Source of the DNA: Candidatus Xenobia bacterium
GTDB lineage: Bacteria; Vulcanimicrobiota; Xenobia; Xenobiales; QWHO01
Length of the DNA stretch: 64,000 bases
NCBI GenBank assembly: GCA_045863235.1
Contig: BTUM01000011.1
Coordinates: 1-64,000, forward strand
Direction: 5' to 3'
Of the stretch, positions 59,374 through 64,000 are shown piece by piece; positions within the stretch are counted from its first letter, which is position 1, and the number at the start of each line of letters is the position of its first letter. Position numbers and translations under genes: made by a program. The notes below the pieces were generated by a model, which saw only the letters and a program-made list of their open reading frames with translations, ran no database searches and had not been told where the DNA came from.

Positions 59374-59478
59374 CCTACCTCCCGCGCGTTGACCTGTTCA
59401 GAATTGGAACGCGCGGGAGTGTAGGCAATCTGTTGAACGGCGCCGCGCCAATTCCTGAAGTGTTCAACGCGCGGCGCC
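59374..59478. repeat. Two intergenic hairpins between convergent genes
   Basis: CTCCCGCGCGTT/AACGCGCGGGAG (59379-59419) flanked by CCTAC/GTAGG, and GGCGCCGCGC/GCGCGGCGCC (59439-59478). Confidence 0.6.
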
Positions 59479-61020
59479 TTAATTGGGACGCAGCCCCATG
59501 CGGCTGTCCACCGGCTCCTTGAACTGCTGCTTGACCGGTCCCACTGCCTGCATCAGGTCGTCGAACTCGATGCGGGGCTTGCCGTCCTCGCTCTTGGAGC
59601 CCCGGCTCAAGGCCCGGATGGCGGCTTGCTTGACCAGCTCGTGCAGGGCGGCGGGGAGCAGGCCGTCGCTGGCGTCGGCAACTTTTTGCAGCTCCTCGTC
59701 GCCGGGCCCTCCCGGGCCTTCCAGAAAGCGCTTGAGAAGCCGCAGGCGAAGCTGCGTGTTGGGGGCTGGAATCGTGAGGATGCGATCCACCCGCCCCGGG
59801 CGGCGGATCAGGGCCGCTTCCATCTCGCTCGAGTCGTTGGTGGTCATGAGCACCACCACGTCCTCGTTGCCCTGCACCCCGTCCATCTCGGTCAAGAGCG
59901 CTCCCAGAAAGAGGGAGAGGTTGTTCTGGTAACGATTGGTGGCCAGCAGGTCGACGTCTTCCATCAGGATCAGGCTGGGCGAGAGATCGCGGGCCAGCGA
60001 GAAGACCAGCCGGAGCTGGTCAGGTGACTCTCCTTGCACCAGGATGGCGGTGAACTCGGGGGCGTTGGTCAAAAGCCAGCGCACCAGGGTGGTCTTGCCG
60101 GTACCCGGGGGGCCCACCATGAGCAGGCCACGCTTGGTGGGAATGCCAGCCGCTTTGAGCTGCTCGCGGTTCTTCATGAAGGCCAGCACCGCCTGGTCCA
60201 CCTCCTTGAGCAACTCCTCGTCGAAGACCGGGTGCTCGCCGCTGGGACGACTCAGGATGCTCAGCTTGGTTTGCTCGAGGATGCCTCCGGTCAGCGAGAT
60301 CAGGCAGCCGCGATAGCGATTGTTGCGGGTGATCTCGCGGCGGATCCGCTGGCCCAGCTTCTCGGCCGCCTGCTCACCGGAGCCTTTGAGGTAGGCCACG
60401 TGGATGGTGACGTCCTCGGAGTAGCCCTGGTCCCAGTAGGTGGTGTCCAGCACCACCGGCTGCTCGTCCACCTTCAGGAAGTAGAGGCTGGGGGCGCGCA
60501 GCGACACCGACTGACCGGGACCGGTCTCCAGCTCCTGGATCACCTCCAGTCCCCCGGGGCTGACGGTCTGCTCCACCCAGTGCTCGAAGCCCACCGCTCC
60601 CAGGGGAGGATTGAGGCTGAAGCCCAGCTGCAAGGCCGCATTCATCGGGGTGGGGAAGACCGCCAGCGGAGGGCGCTGGCCCAGCTCTTCCTGCAAGCGC
60701 TCGCAGGCAAGTCGGAAGTCGTCGTGCAGATAGCGCTTGATGCTGATGGTGAGGACCCCCAGCTGATCGCGCTTCTTGAACTTGAGATAGCTCCTCAGGG
60801 GGTGTCGGGCGCCGGCCCGCGAGCCGAGCAGCTTGTAGAAGAACCCCTGATCGCGCAACCAGCGGATGACCAGGGCGGGAAGGCCGAAGACCAGCCAGAG
60901 GATGACGGGAACGAGCAGGGGCACGAGCAAGACCAGCCCGGCGACCTCGAGAGCGGATTGCCACACGGGCGCTCTCTTCTTGCTTTTTCGAAAAAGACCC
61001 CTCAGGGCTCGTAAAAACAA
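59479..61020 (-). CDS. Membrane-anchored AAA+ ATPase
   Basis: N-terminal TM segment, GPPGTGKT, MEDVD, TTN, RRPGRVD. True start may be the GTG at 60966. Confidence 0.88.
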   Translation of the reverse strand: MFLRALRGLFRKSKKRAPVWQSALEVAGLVLLVPLLVPVILWLVFGLPALVIRWLRDQGFFYKLLGSRAGARHPLRSYLKFKKRDQLGVLTISIKRYLHDDFRLACERLQEELGQRPPLAVFPTPMNAALQLGFSLNPPLGAVGFEHWVEQTVSPGGLEVIQELETGPGQSVSLRAPSLYFLKVDEQPVVLDTTYWDQGYSEDVTIHVAYLKGSGEQAAEKLGQRIRREITRNNRYRGCLISLTGGILEQTKLSILSRPSGEHPVFDEELLKEVDQAVLAFMKNREQLKAAGIPTKRGLLMVGPPGTGKTTLVRWLLTNAPEFTAILVQGESPDQLRLVFSLARDLSPSLILMEDVDLLATNRYQNNLSLFLGALLTEMDGVQGNEDVVVLMTTNDSSEMEAALIRRPGRVDRILTIPAPNTQLRLRLLKRFLEGPGGPGDEELQKVADASDGLLPAALHELVKQAAIRALSRGSKSEDGKPRIEFDDLMQAVGPVKQQFKEPVDSRMGLRPN

Positions 61021-61045
61021 GAGAGCCGGATCAAATCCGGCTCTC
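61012..61045 (-). terminator. Rho-independent terminator of the HNH gene
   Basis: GAGAGCCGGAT-loop-ATCCGGCTCTC (11-bp stem) followed on the minus strand by TTGTTTTT. Confidence 0.75.
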
Positions 61046-61065
61046 GGTCGAGCGACCTGAAGGGG

Positions 61066-61587
61066 TCAGTCAGGCACTTCCTCGATGGAGATGTTCCAGA
61101 ACAGGAAGCGAGCCCAGCCCTCTCTGGTGGCGTCTTGCTTGATCAGCAGCCAGGGGATGTGCGAGGGCTTGCGGGGTTTGCGAGTCAACAGCATGTTGGC
61201 CTCTTCCGGCGTGCGATTGTTCTTTCGCCGGTTGCAGGCCGCGCAAGCGCAGACGCAGTTCTCCCAGCTGTCGGGCCCCTTGCGGCTGCGCGGTCGCACG
61301 TGGTCGACCGTGTCGCCCGGTTTGCCGCAATACTGGCAGATATGCCGGTCACGCAAGAGGATGTTCTTGCGCGTCAGAGGGACCTCCTTGAAGGGGCGGT
61401 GGATGAAGTAGAGCATGCGGATGATCGAGGGCAGCGGCAGACGGATATGCCGCGACACCACCGCTCGATTGTCAACCGCTTCCACCACCTCGGCCTTGCC
61501 CTTGTAGAGCAGCTTGACCGCGCGCTTGAGAGAGGTGACGTTGAGGAACTCGTAACTGGCGTTGAGCACCAAAACGGCGTGGCTCAT
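61066..61587 (-). CDS. HNH endonuclease family protein
   Basis: VLVLNASYE, RDRHICQYCG, TVDHVRPRSR, WENCVCAC..CN..K. Confidence 0.92.
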   Translation of the reverse strand: MSHAVLVLNASYEFLNVTSLKRAVKLLYKGKAEVVEAVDNRAVVSRHIRLPLPSIIRMLYFIHRPFKEVPLTRKNILLRDRHICQYCGKPGDTVDHVRPRSRKGPDSWENCVCACAACNRRKNNRTPEEANMLLTRKPRKPSHIPWLLIKQDATREGWARFLFWNISIEEVPD

Positions 61588-61739
61588 AGTGGATGCGCTC
61601 CGCCTCACGGGACGGAACTAACGCTTTGATCCTCCTTCCTGTTGCGGTTCTCCGGGCGTTGAATATTCCTCGCGTCCTGGCCCGCGGATGGCCGCGGGCG
61701 GGGGAACGGGTGGAATAAAAGGCTCAAAGAATCCAACTC

Positions 61740-61768
61740 TTTATACCACACGAAGCTCGCTCTGTCAA
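61740..61768 (-). promoter_or_regulatory. Sigma70-type promoter for the HNH gene
   Basis: Minus strand TTGACA-N17-TATAAA with an extended -10 TG. Confidence 0.55.
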
Positions 61769-61956
61769 TCGCCCCCAGAGACCTCAATGGCTTCACTACA
61801 ACGTTTGTGAAGGCTTTTTAACTGAATTTTATTCAACGGGAAGGGGAGACGGTGATCCAGATCACCGTTCCGGCTGCCCCGCGCTCACCGACAGGGCGCC
61901 ACCTCTCGGGTTAGACTCGAGTTATTGAACTTCGTACGAATCAGGAGGGCTGGAGG

Positions 61957-62337
61957 ATGGGGAGCGGTCTGGACTACTTGCCTGTCGTAGTGGACTCGGT
62001 CGAGCGGAGAAGCTTGCGCAACAGTGCCCTGCGCCGCTGGGTGGACCAGGCGCGTCGAGAGCTTGGCGAGAGACGGCAGCGTCGCAAGATTCCCCGCCCT
62101 CTGCGAGCGCCCCGAAGCTATCTGTTGAGACTCCAGGCGGTGGAGCACTGGGCTCAGGAGGAGCTGGCCAACCTGAGCCAGGCTCTCGATCTCCTGGAGG
62201 CCTACTGCCGGGACTCGAAACCCGAGCGACTGGGGCTGGCGCGACGGCACTTCGACCTGGCCGTACGCGACTTCGAGCAGTACCGGACGGTGCTGATGGA
62301 CCTCTGCTCGGGCCCGGGCTGCTACGTGGCCGCCTGA
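61957..62337 (+). CDS. Hypothetical protein
   Basis: GGAGG RBS-like sequence, host-like codon usage, helical 126-aa ORF. Confidence 0.6.
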   Translation: MGSGLDYLPVVVDSVERRSLRNSALRRWVDQARRELGERRQRRKIPRPLRAPRSYLLRLQAVEHWAQEELANLSQALDLLEAYCRDSKPERLGLARRHFDLAVRDFEQYRTVLMDLCSGPGCYVAA

Positions 62338-62415
62338 TATGGCGGAATCAGGTCACGTTTTCTCCGACGGCCCACCTGGTCTGCAGACGCTCCTGGTGCC
62401 GCAAGACCGCAGACG

Positions 62416-63699
62416 TTGGAGGATGAAGGCCGCACCGGGACAAAGAGTACAAGCTGGATGAGAAAGCTTCCCGGCCGAGGTTACTCGGCCGACTTCTGGA
62501 AGGCCTGCGTGATGAACCTGCTCTGCATGACGGGGCAGGCGGTCATGTTCTTGCTGACGCTCTACTTCACTCACGCCGGAATGACCCGCTGGCAGGTGGG
62601 CACGACCGATGCCGTTTTCTGGATCATCTCGGTCTTGATCCAGCCCTGGCTGGGCCGGCGCCTCGACCGCTGGGGGAGGCGCGTCTTCTTCATCTGGGGC
62701 TCGTACCTGATGGTGGCCTCGATTCTGTGCTACATCTACCTGCCCGTGAGCCTGCCCCTGATGCTGCTGGTGCGCACCCTGCACGGCCTGGGCTTCTCCT
62801 TCTTTTTCACCTCCACCTGGACCTGGGTCTCCGACCAGGCCCCTCCTCAGAAATTGACCGAGATGCTGGGCATCTTTGGGGTGTCGGGCCTGCTGGCCGG
62901 GGCTTGCGGTCCGGTGCTGGCCGAGCAACTGAAGAACTACGGAGGTTTTCCGGCTGTCTTCTGGTCCGCCGCCGGCTTGATGCTGGCGGGTGCCCTGCTC
63001 TCCCACCTGGTGCACGAGCCGAAGGTGGTACCGCTGCTCAACGACCGCCGCAACTTCGGCTTTCTCCGCATGGCTTTCGCGGCCCGCATGCGCGGTTTGA
63101 CCCTGGCCGCCGTCGCCATGGGCATGGCGATCGGCAGCGTCTTCTGCTTCATCGCTCCCTACATCGAGGCCAAGAAGCTCACAGGAATCAGCTACGTCTT
63201 CGTGTGCTACACCGTGGCCGCCGTGCTGACCCGGGTCTTCTCTGGCAAGCTGGCCACCCGGCTGGGCGCCTCCGGCACCATTCCGCTGGCCCTGCTGATG
63301 CAGGGGGGATCGCTGATCCTCTTCAGCTTTCTCAGCCCCACCGGTTGGCGGGCCCTGCCCCTGATGCTGGGCGCGGGGGCCGGGGCCGGTCTGTCCTACG
63401 GCATGATCTATCCCGCCCTTTCCACTCTGGCGGTCGAGCGCTCGGGCAGCCAGCGGGGCCTGGGGATGAGCGTGGTGGCCTGTTTTGGCGATCTGGGGAG
63501 CGGAATTGGCGCACTGGGAGCCGGCGTTATCGCTCACTTTTTCCGCGACGACTGGATGTGGGTGAGCATCGGGGTCGTGGTGGCCGCCATCGCGGTTCTC
63601 TTTATCTTGCTCGAAGGCCAGTGGCGCACCCGGCGACGCAAGCGCAGCCGCAGCTTGCAGCCTGCCCTGCGGCTGGTGGGCGAGCAGTTGTCGGGGTAG
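62416..63699 (+). CDS. MFS transporter
   Basis: About 12 hydrophobic segments with motif A GRRLDRWGRR and RTLHGLG. Start may be 62458. Confidence 0.9.
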   Translation: MEDEGRTGTKSTSWMRKLPGRGYSADFWKACVMNLLCMTGQAVMFLLTLYFTHAGMTRWQVGTTDAVFWIISVLIQPWLGRRLDRWGRRVFFIWGSYLMVASILCYIYLPVSLPLMLLVRTLHGLGFSFFFTSTWTWVSDQAPPQKLTEMLGIFGVSGLLAGACGPVLAEQLKNYGGFPAVFWSAAGLMLAGALLSHLVHEPKVVPLLNDRRNFGFLRMAFAARMRGLTLAAVAMGMAIGSVFCFIAPYIEAKKLTGISYVFVCYTVAAVLTRVFSGKLATRLGASGTIPLALLMQGGSLILFSFLSPTGWRALPLMLGAGAGAGLSYGMIYPALSTLAVERSGSQRGLGMSVVACFGDLGSGIGALGAGVIAHFFRDDWMWVSIGVVVAAIAVLFILLEGQWRTRRRKRSRSLQPALRLVGEQLSG

Positions 63700-63730
63700 G
63701 GTTTTTCTCTTTCGAGGCGAACCCCAGGTG

Positions 63731-64000
63731 ATGCTGCGCTCGGCATTCGAGCTTCTGGTCCGGCCCACCCACCCCCTGAAGCTTCACTTCTACATCGTCA
63801 CGGGCTGTACCAGCGCCAATCTGCTGCTGGGTCTGCTGGCCCTGCTGGCGGTCATGGCCGGCTTTCCCGGAGTGGCCGCCTGGTGCCTTCTGGTGTGCGT
63901 GGTGCTCGATGCTGCCGACGGGGCCCTGGCCAAGTTCTGGAACGTGGCCACTCCTTTCGGTGCCCAGCTCGACTCGCTGGCCGACATGACCTCGTTCATC
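63731..64000 (+). CDS. CDP-alcohol phosphatidyltransferase (PssA-like), runs off the window end
   Basis: Manual translation gives LDAADGALAK...FGAQLDSLAD, the CDP-alcohol phosphotransferase motif. Confidence 0.85.
   Translation, partial: MLRSAFELLVRPTHPLKLHFYIVTGCTSANLLLGLLALLAVMAGFPGVAAWCLLVCVVLDAADGALAKFWNVATPFGAQLDSLADMTSFI

Noticed and set aside
61066..61587. HNH gene as part of the defence island
   Set aside because: It belongs to a widespread standalone family, has its own promoter and terminator, and lies among host-like genes well outside the att sites.

Overview
GC-rich bacterial chromosome window. Positions 48-43690 form an integrated element of about 43.6 kb, bounded by two direct-repeat copies of a tRNA 3' half (tRNA-Thr(CGT)-like) with matching 22-bp arm-type repeats just inside each end. 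It carries a complete group II intron (449-2431), an integrase/excisionase/SWIM/regulator module and dense defence-type cargo. The cargo comprises: (i) an atypical Hsp70, an SNF2 helicase and a 964-aa helical protein whose C-terminus resembles GrpE; (ii) a 21-kb tightly coupled run joining a restriction-like SNF2/DUF499/DUF1156 module to a Druantia-like block (HTH-S24 peptidase fusion, RelE-UvrD fusion, DruE-like DUF1998 helicase); (iii) an EVE protein with a PD-(D/E)XK nuclease; (iv) UvrD + DarT1-like toxin + ADP-ribosylglycohydrolase-VOC; and (v) an HD hydrolase with a small partner. A second accessory block follows (Wadjet jetABCD, AbiE toxin-antitoxin), then ordinary chromosomal genes from about 53 kb. 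The best candidates for undescribed systems are the Hsp70/SNF2/GrpE-like trio and the UvrD-DarT1-ARH operon. All domain calls come from motifs recognised by eye; no database searches were run.
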